DNA of 64,000 nt from an uncultured Candidatus Saccharimonas sp. (lineage in GTDB: Bacteria; Patescibacteriota; Saccharimonadia; Saccharimonadales; AQU-01), in assembly GCA_943358095.1 (NCBI GenBank), contig CALRGT010000002.1, positions 32,782 to 96,781 on the forward strand. Direction: 5' to 3'. Below, one piece after another: positions 20,861 through 30,093 of the stretch. Numbering within the stretch: position 1 is the stretch's first letter; each line of letters opens with the position of its first letter. The position numbers were made by a program, and so were the translations under genes. The notes under the pieces were generated by a model that was not told the DNA's origin, did not search any database, and saw only the letters and a program-made list of their open reading frames with translations.

Positions 20861-20928
20861 GCCCCAGATGCGAAAAAGTCAGATTTCCAGAGAAGTTAAA
20901 CCGTAGCAAGTTTTACACCAGTATAGTG

Positions 20929-20957
20929 TTGACTACCTCTGTTATTGATGGTAGACT
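20929..20957 (+). promoter_or_regulatory. Candidate separate promoter for 23S-5S
   Basis: TTGACT (20929-20934), a 17-nt spacer, then TAGACT (20952-20957), about 290 nt upstream of the 23S 5' end. Confidence 0.45.
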
Positions 20958-21843
20958 TGTTTAGCTACTTGAGTTTAGGCACGAGGCAGGGAAAAAAGCA
21001 GTGAAAGCTTCCAGCGTAAACTCAAGCATCCGAGATCATTTCAGTCTAATGTATGGGTGTGGTGAGAGTTTTGTAACTTAACAATTTAACCGACAAAATA
21101 AGTTTTTTAGAATCGTTTATGAATTCGTGATTGGCACGAAGGAGTAGACGAACATTAATGACAAACGGCTATTGGTTAATACCAATAACTAGTCAATTGC
21201 ACGAACAGCGATGATCGAGGCTTCGGCCAAAGTCATTGCTAACGTAAAAAGTTACATAAGCGCACACAAGGAATGCCTTGACGTAAGATACCGATGAAGG
21301 ACGTAGTAGACTGCGAAAAGCTTCGGGGAGCTGTCTAACAAGCTTTGAACCGAAGATATCCGAATGGGGAAACCTATGGCGAGTAATGTCGTCATGCACT
21401 TGTCTGAATATATAGGACGAGAGAGCGGTAACCAGGGGAACTGAAACATCTTAGTACCCTGAGGAAGAGAAAGTAAACAACGATTCCGGTAGTAGTGGCG
21501 AGCGAACCCGGAAGAGCCCAAACCTTTTAAGTTTCCGTCTAGCAATAGATGGATAAGTTGGTAGACGAATATTTAAAAGGGGTTGTGACACACAAACAAT
21601 CCAAGCAGACTGTTTGAGCAATCGAACAATCTGTTTGGCCCGCATGACCTACCATTGTCATGCATAAGGTAAAAAATTTGCGAAGCGAGCAGAAGGATCT
21701 GGAAAGTTCCGCCAAAGACGGTGAAAGCCCGGTATGCCAAGTTTCGCAAACCTTATTATTTGTGTTGTCGAGTAGGACGGGGCACGTGAAATCCTGTCTG
21801 AATCTGGGTCGACCACGACCCAAGGCTAAATATATCTTACGAT

Positions 21844-21874
<31 letters not shown>

Positions 21875-23099
21875 TAAAAGAACCCCGGAAGGGGAGTGAA
21901 ATAGATCCTGAAATTGTGTGCGTACAAGGAGTAGGAGCCGGCTTGTCCGGTGACTGCGTGCTTTTTGTAGAACGATCCAGCGAGTTAATTGTCATGGCAA
22001 GCTTAAGCCATTTGGCGGAGGCGCAGTGAAAGCGAGGCTTAATTAGGCCGACTTCAGTCATGATGATTAGACCCGAAACCGAGTGACCTAACCATGGGCA
22101 GGATGAAGCGCAGGTAAAACTGCGTGGAGGTCCGAACCGTAGCGAATTGCAACACGCCCGGATGACCTGTGGTTAGTGGTGAAATGCTAATCGAACTCGG
22201 AGATAGCTGGTTCTCCTCGAAATAGCTTTAGGGCTAGCGTCGTACGGTAACAGATAGGGGTAGAGCTCTGTTTCGGACTGGGGGTCGTAAGACTACCCAC
22301 CCTTGACAAACTACGAATACTATCTGCGGAACTACGGCAGTCAGAACGGCGGGGCTAAGCTCGCCGCTCGAAAGGGAAACAGCCCAGATCGCCAGCTAAG
22401 GTCCCTAAATATACACTCAGTGGGAAACGAGGTGAGATTTCTCGAACAACTAGGATGTTGGCTTAGAAGCAGCCATTCATTTAAAGAGTGCGTAACAGCT
22501 CACTAGTCAAGAGATCTTGCGCGGAAAATGTAACGGGGCTCAAGTGTATTACCGAAGCTGCGAACTCGATCATACCTTCGGGTATGGTTGATTGGTAGAG
22601 GAGCGTTGATATTGCATCGAAGTCGAACTGCGAGGTTCGGTGGAGCGGTATCAAGTGAGAATGCTGGAATGAGTAACCATAAGGCAGGTGAGAATCCTGC
22701 CCGCCGAAAGAGCAAGGTTTCCTGGGCCACGATAATCGTCCCAGGGTTAGTCGGTCCTAAGTCGAGGCGAGTAGCGTAGACGATGGACAACGGGTTAATA
22801 TTCCCGTACTAGCTTTGTATTGTTTGGAAGTGCGCGGCATATTAGTAGGAGCGGGTTCATGGTTATACCCGTCTAAGCCACAGAAATAGTGGTTAACGAG
22901 AGATCTTAATTGATTGATTCCTGTGAAAGCGCTGACCAGAAAAGCTTCCAAGCTTATGTACATAGTTATCCGTACCGCAAACCGACACAGGTGCTCAGGT
23001 CGAGTAGACCAAAGGCGTACGAGTGATTCTTCGTTAAGGAACTCGGCAATACAGCGACCGTAACTTCGGGATAAGGTCCGCCCCGTCACAGTGTTTATC

Positions 23100-23257
23100 A
23101 CTGTGACTTGTAACGCCAGTTTTCTTTTTAAAACGGAAACAACAGAAACCGAGATTAGTTTTTAACTTCTGATCTTTGGCCTGTATAAACGAGCAATTTT
23201 TGAGAATTAGAAAGAAAGCTGACCTCTATAAGCACGTAACGTGGTAGTTACTGTGAC
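23100..23257 (+). mobile_element. 150-nt insertion in a 23S hairpin, bounded by an 8-bp direct repeat ACTGTGAC (23100-23107 and 23250-23257)
   Basis: Deleting 23108-23257 joins gccccgtcacagtg-tttat-cactgtgac to ggggc. That gives a perfect 14-bp stem with a 5-nt loop. The insert has no ORF and no similarity to the CATTT family. Confidence 0.5.
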
Positions 23258-23709
23258 GGGGCCGCAGCTAAAGAACCCATGCAACTGTTTACCAAAAACA
23301 CAGGTCTGTGCTAACACGAAAGTGGATGTATACGGGCTGACGCCTGCCCGGTGCTGGAAGGTTAAGGGGATGGCTTTACGGTCTGAACTGAAGCCCCAGT
23401 GAACGGCGGCGGTAACTATAACCGTCCTAAGGTAGCGAAATTCCTTGTCAGGTAAGTTCTGACCTGCACGAATGGCGTAATGATATGGGTACTGTCTCAA
23501 CGAAGAGCTCGGTGAAAGTGCATTGACGGTAAAGATGCCGTCTGTCCGCAGCAGGACGAAAAGACCCCGTGCAGCTTTACTACAGCTTGACATTGAACCC
23601 GGTTGTAACATGTGTAGGATAGGTGGGAGACTTTGAGATCTCGACGCTAGTCGAGAAGGAGTCATCAGTGAAATACCACCCTTGTTATAATCTTGTTCTC
23701 ACGGGAACC

Positions 23710-23887
23710 TCAATTTGCGAAGCAAATTGAATTTAGCATTTAACATTGATGCATTGACGCATTAATTTAACATTGACCATTTTTCATTGAAGCTCCAGGG
23801 CTACAATGACCAAATGTCACATGGATAAATTAATGACAAAATGATAAATGGTAAATGGTAAATTCTGACATTTGATTCTCAAATTCA
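23710..23887 (+). repeat. CATTT/CAATG-rich hairpin repeat element, copy E2, inserted in the apical loop of a 23S domain-V-proximal hairpin
   Basis: The 178-nt insert is closed by GGGAACC (23703-23709) pairing with GGTTCCC (23888-23894). The left arm atttagcatttaacattgatgcattgacgcattaatttaacattgaccatttttcattgaagct is about 85 percent identical to intergenic copy E3. E. coli has only a short loop at the equivalent site. Confidence 0.8.
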
Positions 23888-24173
23888 GGTTCCCGGACCG
23901 TGTCTGGTGGGTAGTTTAACTGGGGCGGTTGCCTCCTAAAGAGTAGCGGAGGCGTTCAAAGGTTGGCTAGGTTCGGATGGAAATCGAATCGATAGTGCAT
24001 ACGCATAAGCCAGCTTGACTGTGAGACCTACAAGTCAAACAGGCACGAAAGTGGGAGTAAGTTTTCCGCTGTCCATACATTCGTATAAGAGAGTGGTATC
24101 GGCAGCGCTATCGGATAAAAGTTACGCCGGGGATAACAGGCTTATCGCGCCCAATAGTTCACATAGACGGCGC

Positions 24174-24209
<36 letters not shown>

Positions 24210-24260
24210 AGGGGGAGCACCTTCCAAGGGTCCGGCTGTTCGCCGGTTAAAGTGGTACGT

Positions 24261-24294
<34 letters not shown>

Positions 24295-24789
24295 TTATAT
24301 CCGCTGTGGACGATAGGAAATTTGAGAGAATTTGCCCCTAGTACGAGAGGACCGGGGTGAACGCACCGCTGGTGTACCAGTTGTTCTACCAAGAGCACCG
24401 CTGGGTAGCTAAGTGCGGACCAGATAAGCGCTGAAAGCATATTAAGCGCGAAACTGACCTCAAGATTAGATTTCCCTATGAGGGCCGTGAAAGACGATCA
24501 CGTTGATAGGCGCAAGGTGGAAGTACAGTAATGTATGGAGCCGAAGCGTACTAATCGCCCCATCGACTTTTTACGACTATGAGAGATGATCCGTGCCATT
24601 TATGGGACGGGGACTCTCTCGTAGGTAGTGCGTTGACTAGTTATTGGTGAGAATCACCACATAGACAACGTTTGTCATATTTCTTCTGAACTTATTTGTT
24701 GGCACCATACCATTGGCATCGAACCAAGGTTTCAAAGGCCCACCGCCAGATCGTATATATCTGCGCAAAGTCGCCTTTCAAGCCTTTAA

Positions 24790-24903
24790 TCGGTGCCCAT
24801 GGCGCGAGGGAGACACCTGTTCCCATTCCGAACACAGCAGTTAAGCCTCGCAGCGGTTACAATACTTGGGCCATCAAGCCCTGGGAAAATAGCACGGTGC
24901 CGA
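24790..24903 (+). rRNA. rrf: 5S ribosomal RNA
   Basis: The sequence tcggtgcccatggcgcgagggagacacctgttcccattccgaacacagcagttaagcctcgcag...gggaaaatagcacggtgccga has a conserved 5S core and a terminal helix. Confidence 0.93.
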
Positions 24904-24914
24904 ATTATAGAACA

Positions 24915-24945
24915 AGACCTCCTTTTAAGGGAGGTCTTTTCTTTT
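24915..24945 (+). terminator. Intrinsic terminator after 5S rRNA
   Basis: AGACCTCC (24915-24922) pairs with GGAGGTCT (24930-24937), followed by TTTTCTTTT. Confidence 0.8.
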
Positions 24946-24981
24946 AAAAAAGAAGAATAAAGCATAAACTTTAAAATATAG

Positions 24982-25010
24982 TTGACATAAGCAGTACGAA
25001 GTGATATCAT
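24982..25010 (+). promoter_or_regulatory. Sigma-70-type promoter
   Basis: TTGACA (24982-24987), a 17-nt spacer, then TATCAT (25005-25010). Confidence 0.55.
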
Positions 25011-25034
25011 AAGCGTATTCGAAAGAAAGAAAAG

Positions 25035-25070
25035 AGGGCAAGCCACTTATGTGGCGTGTCCTTTTTTATT
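25035..25070 (+). terminator. Strong intrinsic terminator about 50 nt downstream of the 24982 promoter (sRNA end or attenuator)
   Basis: AGGGCAAGCCAC (25035-25046) pairs with GTGGCGTGTCCT (25051-25062), 11 of 12 positions paired. It is followed by TTTTTTATTT. Confidence 0.6.
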
Positions 25071-25253
25071 TCTAGAGAGCGTTTACGAATAAGTAATTAA
25101 CACTGTTAAGCGGTTTTGTGAACGAGTGCAGCTTGGTAGGAGGTTGAGGACCGGAGCATGAGACGTACTTGTTGGTACGTCTCGCCTACGGACCGGAAAC
25201 ATCCTGCCAAGATGTGCCGTTCACGGAAGCGTGCAGTAAAAGGAGAAGATACG

Positions 25254-25451
25254 ATGGCTGGAACAAAGAACGGCGGCGCAGCCGCTGCAAAGACTAACAA
25301 ATCTAAGTACGGTGCAGATTTTTATGCAAAAATCGGCGCTATGGGCGGTAAGAAAGGTCACACTGGTGGCTTTTACGCTAACCGTGACCTAGCTCGTATT
25401 GCTGGTGCTAAAGGTGGACGCATTAGTCGTCGTACTAAAGCTTCAGTTTAA
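25254..25451 (+). CDS. KGG-repeat general stress protein (YciG/GsiB-like), 65 aa
   Basis: The ORF track starts at 25158. I prefer ATG 25254, preceded by AAAGGAGAAG. The product MAGTKNGGAAAAKTNKSKYGADFYAKIGAMGGKKGHTGGFYANRDLARIAGAKGGRISRR has repeated (K)GG motifs typical of that family, as far as I recall. Confidence 0.6.
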   Translation: MAGTKNGGAAAAKTNKSKYGADFYAKIGAMGGKKGHTGGFYANRDLARIAGAKGGRISRRTKASV

Positions 25452-25477
25452 TAAAAACAACTGACCGCTCGAAAAAA

Positions 25478-25505
25478 CCGCTTCTCTTAACGAGAGGCGG
25501 TTTTT
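25478..25505 (+). terminator. Intrinsic terminator after the KGG-protein gene
   Basis: CCGCTTCTC (25478-25486) pairs with GAGAGGCGG (25492-25500), followed by TTTTT. Confidence 0.75.
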
Positions 25506-25597
25506 ATTTATCATTTAACATTGACGCATTAACTTAACATTTATCATTTTTCATTGTAGCTTCAATGACCAAATGACAAATGCTCAATGTTAAATTG
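25506..25597. repeat. CATTT/CAATG-rich hairpin repeat element, copy E3 (short right arm)
   Basis: The sequence is atttatcatttaacattgacgcattaacttaacatttatcatttttcattgtagcttcaatgaccaaatgacaaatgctcaatgttaaatt. The apex cattg-tagctt-caatg is identical to E4. The stop codon of the minus-strand gene (25590-25592) lies in its right arm. Confidence 0.8.
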
Positions 25598-26054
25598 CTT
25601 TTGCGAGTTTTCGGTAGGGGCGACACATTCGTGAGCTAGAAACATTCCAATTTGTCCCGCAATTAAAGCAGGCATAGGTTCTGCTGTTGGTTTGTAGGCT
25701 GCAATTCGTGCAGGTTGGGCAGGTACTTCGCTGATAAAGCCAATCGCGGTAAGTGTCTAGGCAATCCTGAATGTGGTCTGGGTCGATTGTATAATTGAGT
25801 GATTCGGCAAGCTGTTTGGCTTTTTCCCAGGCCGACACCTCGAGTGTTAGTAGCTGAAAGTCAGAGCTGTAGTCATTGTGTTCAAGCAGGGCATGACCAA
25901 CTTCGTGTAATAGCGACCAAGGGGCTACGACGTCGTCATCTGGTGATATTTTATAGATGACATGATTAGTTTTTGGCGACCACGAAAAGGTAGCTCCGGG
26001 TTTGAAATTAATGAAGGGGTAGCTGGCCTTGAGTTTTATTAGTAACTTTTCCAT
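25590..26054 (-). CDS. Putative zinc metallopeptidase (HEXXH, ImmA/IrrE-like) with C-terminal Cys4 zinc ribbon
   Basis: The 154-aa ORF has WSLLHEVGHALLEH (HEXXH) and CPTCTNC...CFNCG. Confidence 0.5.
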   Translation of the reverse strand: MEKLLIKLKASYPFINFKPGATFSWSPKTNHVIYKISPDDDVVAPWSLLHEVGHALLEHNDYSSDFQLLTLEVSAWEKAKQLAESLNYTIDPDHIQDCLDTYRDWLYQRSTCPTCTNCSLQTNSRTYACFNCGTNWNVSSSRMCRPYRKLAKAI

Positions 26055-26066
26055 ATAAATACTCGA

Positions 26067-26882
26067 CTATTTTAGCGGACTAGATTCGCGGGCTAATAGA
26101 TAGCATCCGTAAATCACGGCTTTTTCGCTACGAACGGCTTGTCTTATGGCTGGAGTCGGCACTAGTGGAGTGTCGTACTTGCGCATTTCAGCTAGTAGCG
26201 GCGCTTTAAATTTCTGAAAATGAGAGCCGACACCACCGCCTATAACTATCACATCAGGCTGTATGATTGCGATATTATCTACTAAGCCAATGGCGATATC
26301 TCGTGAAATAGTTTTCCAGATTTTAGGATCATTAATCTCGCTAGCCTTCATGCCATACTTTTTATTTATGGCTTTGCCCGACGCGAAACTCTCCCAAGAT
26401 TTTAGGTGACCGTCTTTTTCTAGTAATATTTTTCCACCTTCGGCATTAATAAAACTAGGATTAATCTTACCATTCGTGATAACTCCTGTGCCAATTCCGG
26501 TGCTAATAGTTACATAAAGTACGTTATTAAACTCTTTTTTGATAAGTTGAGCTTCACTTAGGCCTGCTAGTTTGGCATCGTTTTCGACTATCACGGGACA
26601 GCCAGCTAGTCTTTCTAGGTCTGGACCGATTGGAACATTTTGCCATGCCAAGTTGCCGTATGCGATGCCAATACCTTCTTCGCGGTCGATTAATCCTGGA
26701 GAGGCTACGCAGGCAGACTTATAGTCGTCAACGCCAAGTGCTTTGATGTTTGTTTCTAGTTCTAACAAAAAGTCGTCGTAATCTGGAGGAGTTGGGAATT
26801 TGATTTGCTGTTTAATAGTGCCGTCACTGTAAAAAGCCGCCAAAAGCGTCTTTGTGCCTCCAATATCAACAGCTAAATACAT
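26067..26882 (-). CDS. ROK/glucokinase-like sugar kinase
   Basis: The 271-aa ORF has MYLAVDIGGTKT (phosphate-1 motif), VENDAKLAGLSE and YVTISTGIGTGVI. The classical ROK Cys zinc motif is absent. Confidence 0.7.
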   Translation of the reverse strand: MYLAVDIGGTKTLLAAFYSDGTIKQQIKFPTPPDYDDFLLELETNIKALGVDDYKSACVASPGLIDREEGIGIAYGNLAWQNVPIGPDLERLAGCPVIVENDAKLAGLSEAQLIKKEFNNVLYVTISTGIGTGVITNGKINPSFINAEGGKILLEKDGHLKSWESFASGKAINKKYGMKASEINDPKIWKTISRDIAIGLVDNIAIIQPDVIVIGGGVGSHFQKFKAPLLAEMRKYDTPLVPTPAIRQAVRSEKAVIYGCYLLARESSPLK

Positions 26883-27016
26883 AGCTTAATTCTAGCATAT
26901 CTAACCAAAGTAACCAGTGACTTGACCGGGACAGTCCGAAAGCATTTGCAAGGTCTGACCTTGCAAAACCTGATGAATTTCTCGCCAAGCTTCTTTAGTG
27001 GGTTTGGCCGCAAGCC

Positions 27017-27045
27017 TTGCTTACAGAGAGGCTAAGGTGTATAAT
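27017..27045 (+). promoter_or_regulatory. Sigma-70-type promoter upstream of rpsA
   Basis: TTGCTT (27017-27022), a 17-nt spacer, then TATAAT (27040-27045). Confidence 0.55.
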
Positions 27046-27109
27046 TAGTCTAAATCTGATCGGAGTTACAACTCAAGGGTTGCCGCAGAAATAAGGAGGC
27101 ATGAATATC

Positions 27110-28264
27110 ATGTCTAAAAACACAATGAGTATGGACGAGTTGCTAGCGTCTACAGAAGTCGCCGAACTAAAAATCGGGGATGTTATTGAAGGTACTATTA
27201 CTTCGGTGCGCAAGCACGAGGTTTGGTTGGACCTTGGCCCTAATGGGGTTGGAGTGGTCATGCGCCGCGAAATCGGTTATGGTCAGAAATTAGAAGAGGG
27301 TGAAAAAGTCACTACTAGCGTTGTCGATCCAGAAATGGACGAAGGTTACGCATTGCTTAGCATGAAGCGAGCAGTCAAAGACAAGGGCTGGGACGAACTC
27401 CAGCGCGTATTTGATGATCAAGAAATTATCGAAATTGTTGCCTATGACGCCAACCGTGGCGGTATGTTGGTCGAACTAGAAGGTATCCGTGGTTTCTTGC
27501 CAGTGTCGCAACTAGCGGCTGGTCACTATCCTCGTGTTTCTGGTGCTGACAAAGACGAGATCCTACAGAAGCTAGGTTCTCTAATTAACAAGCCAATTCG
27601 TGTTCGTATTCTTGATGTTAGTCGCAAAGATAACAAGCTTATTTTCTCAGAAAAAGAAGCTGTTAAGGACGACATGCAGGCTAGTTTCGCCAAACTAAAA
27701 ATTGGTGATGAAGTTGAAGGTGTTGTTACTGGTGTTATCGACTTCGGTGCATTCGTCAACGTTGACGGTATCGAAGGTCTAGTTCACATCTCAGAAATCT
27801 CTTGGGAAAGAGTTGAGAATCCACGCGATTACGTTAAAGTTGGTGAAAACATCACTGCAAAGATCATCGCTATCGACAAAGACCGCTTGTCACTCAGCCT
27901 TAAGCAGATGCAGGAAGATCCATGGTTACAGGAAGCTAAGGCCTTCAAAGTCGGCGACGACGTCGAAGGAAAAGTTACTAGAATCACTCCGTTTGGTGCA
28001 TTTGTTCAGCTCGGGCCAGCCGTTGAAGCTCTCGTTCACGTTTCAGAAATGAGCGACGAAGAGGGTGTAGACCCAGAGAAGATCTTTGAACTTAACCAAG
28101 TTAAGAAATTCAAAATCATTGATGTCGATACTGACTCTCGCAAGATTGCCTTGAGTCTAAAGACTAAAAGCGAAGCAAAGCCTAAAGCTAAAGCCAAAGA
28201 CGAATCAGCAGAAGATGCTGAAGTCAAAGCCGAGAAGCCTAAAGCTAAAGCCGCAAAGAAATAA
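27110..28264 (+). CDS. rpsA: 30S ribosomal protein S1 (four S1 domains)
   Basis: Repeated S1/OB motifs are present (GDVIEGTITSV..., GGMLVELEGIRGFLPVSQ, GDEVEGVVTGVIDFGAFV, GDDVEGKVTRITPFGAFV). I prefer ATG 27110, 10 nt after AAGGAGG, over the track start 27101. Confidence 0.9.
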   Translation: MSKNTMSMDELLASTEVAELKIGDVIEGTITSVRKHEVWLDLGPNGVGVVMRREIGYGQKLEEGEKVTTSVVDPEMDEGYALLSMKRAVKDKGWDELQRVFDDQEIIEIVAYDANRGGMLVELEGIRGFLPVSQLAAGHYPRVSGADKDEILQKLGSLINKPIRVRILDVSRKDNKLIFSEKEAVKDDMQASFAKLKIGDEVEGVVTGVIDFGAFVNVDGIEGLVHISEISWERVENPRDYVKVGENITAKIIAIDKDRLSLSLKQMQEDPWLQEAKAFKVGDDVEGKVTRITPFGAFVQLGPAVEALVHVSEMSDEEGVDPEKIFELNQVKKFKIIDVDTDSRKIALSLKTKSEAKPKAKAKDESAEDAEVKAEKPKAKAAKK

Positions 28265-28316
28265 GAACATCCAAAATAATGTAATCGTTTAGCTTTTCGT
28301 GAAAGGAGCGTGCCGA

Positions 28317-30092
28317 ATGTCGAATATAATCGAAATCGAAGATAACGTCACTGTCGGTACGCTTGCCGAAAAACTAAATATACCAGTTACTAAGCTCATC
28401 ACTGAGCTAATGAAGAACGGTATTCTAGCGACCGTCAACGAACGGATTGATTACGATACAGCGGTAATTATTGTTGCCGAATTAGGTATTCCAGACGTTG
28501 AGTTGACTCGAAAGAGCAACGAAGTTGTTGTGTCGCCAAGAGATAATCGTCAGCCTAGCCTAACCGGGACATTACGTCCTCCGGTTGTGGCTGTCATGGG
28601 TCACGTTGACCATGGTAAAACTTCGTTACTCGACGCCATTCGTGGTGCCGAAGTAGCGAAGGGCGAAGCTGGCGGCATTACGCAGCACATCACTGCTTAT
28701 CAAATAAAACATCCAGCAACCGACACCGGTCGCTTGATGACATTCCTCGACACTCCTGGTCACGAGGCTTTTGCTGCACTTCGCCAGCATGGAGCTCGCG
28801 CTACTGACCTAGTTATAATTGTTGTCGCAGCTGACGACGGCATTAAGCCTCAGACTATCGAAGCTATTAGGTACGCTCGCCAAGCAGGTGTACCAATGTT
28901 GGTAGCAATTAATAAAATCGACAAGCCAGGCGCCGACGCTAATAAAATCAAGCAGCAACTAGCCGACCAAGAAGTCCTTATTGAGGAATGGGGCGGCGAT
29001 ACTGTAGTGATGGAAGTTTCAGCTAAGACCAAGCAGGGCATACCAGAACTGCTTGATATGGTGCTATTAGTTACTGACGTCGCTGAGCTAAAAGCCGAAA
29101 ACGCAGGTCCAGCACGTGGCCTTATTATCGAGGCTCATATGGAGCGGGGACGTGGCCCAGTGGCAATTGCACTAGTTGAGGGCGGAACACTCGCTAGCGG
29201 CGACTATGTCGTTGCAGGCGGCACTTATGCCAAGGTTCGCAACCTAGAAACAACCACCGGTCAGGTTCTAAAGACTGCCACCGCATCTACTCCTGTTGTT
29301 ATTACTGGATTCAAGACATTACCAGAATTTGGTGATGAGTTTGCTTGCGCTAAAGACGAAAAAACTGCTCGTACACTAGCCGAATCAATGATGGCTACTC
29401 GTCAATCTGCCTCTGGTAAATTAGACATGAGCGGCGGTGACTTGATCCGTATGATCAATCGAACTAACGAGCTAACAGAGCTTCCGATTATCGTTAAGGC
29501 TGACGTTCAGGGTTCTTTGACATCAGTTATTGACAGCCTTAAATCGCTCGCAAATGACGAAGTAGCAGTTCGCGTCGTAGGATCTGGCGTCGGTGCGATT
29601 GGTGAGAACGATATTCATACGGCTCACTCCAGTGGTGCCATCATCTACGGCTTCAACGTGCCGCTTTCTAGTAGCGTTAAGCAATTGGCCCACCGTGACC
29701 AAGTTTCTATTCGACTTTACAATATTATTTACGAAATGATCGACGACACCAAGCTAGAACTAACCAAGTTATTGGCTCCAGAAATTGTCGAGACAGAACT
29801 AGGCCGACTAGTTGTGCGTGCTATCTTTAAGACAACCAAAACAGAGGTCATTTGCGGTGGCGAGGTTACCAAGGGTAAATTAAGCCTACCAGCACTAGCT
29901 CGCGTTATACGCGGCGGTGAAACTCTAGCAGAAGTAGAAGTCACTAATCTTAAGCGTGGACCTGTCGACGCCAAAGAGGTCGCTGAGGGCGAGATGTGTG
30001 GTATGAGCTTCCGTTCTACTGCTAAAGTCACTATCGAAGAAGGTGACCACATCGAATTCTTTACTCGCCAAACTGTAGCCCGAACTCTTTAG
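28317..30092 (+). CDS. infB: Translation initiation factor IF-2 (short form)
   Basis: The G-domain has VMGHVDHGKTSLLD, DTPGHEAF and NKID, and a C-terminal IF-2 domain follows. I prefer ATG 28317, 9 nt after AAAGGAG, over GTG 28299. Confidence 0.93.
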   Translation: MSNIIEIEDNVTVGTLAEKLNIPVTKLITELMKNGILATVNERIDYDTAVIIVAELGIPDVELTRKSNEVVVSPRDNRQPSLTGTLRPPVVAVMGHVDHGKTSLLDAIRGAEVAKGEAGGITQHITAYQIKHPATDTGRLMTFLDTPGHEAFAALRQHGARATDLVIIVVAADDGIKPQTIEAIRYARQAGVPMLVAINKIDKPGADANKIKQQLADQEVLIEEWGGDTVVMEVSAKTKQGIPELLDMVLLVTDVAELKAENAGPARGLIIEAHMERGRGPVAIALVEGGTLASGDYVVAGGTYAKVRNLETTTGQVLKTATASTPVVITGFKTLPEFGDEFACAKDEKTARTLAESMMATRQSASGKLDMSGGDLIRMINRTNELTELPIIVKADVQGSLTSVIDSLKSLANDEVAVRVVGSGVGAIGENDIHTAHSSGAIIYGFNVPLSSSVKQLAHRDQVSIRLYNIIYEMIDDTKLELTKLLAPEIVETELGRLVVRAIFKTTKTEVICGGEVTKGKLSLPALARVIRGGETLAEVEVTNLKRGPVDAKEVAEGEMCGMSFRSTAKVTIEEGDHIEFFTRQTVARTL

Positions 30093-30093
30093 T

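Noticed and set aside
24690-24745. A tRNA-like T-arm motif on the minus strand of the 23S-5S spacer (ggttcgatgcc).
   Set aside because: No acceptor, D or anticodon stems can be formed around it. It is probably a chance match within the spacer or processing-stem region.
25158-25253. The N-terminal 32 codons of ORF 25158-25451 (MRRTCWYVSPTDRKHPAKMCRSRKRAVKGEDT).
   Set aside because: This part overlaps a perfect RNA hairpin, has no RBS, and is Arg/Cys-rich. A strong AAAGGAG site precedes the internal ATG at 25254, where the KGG-repeat sequence begins.
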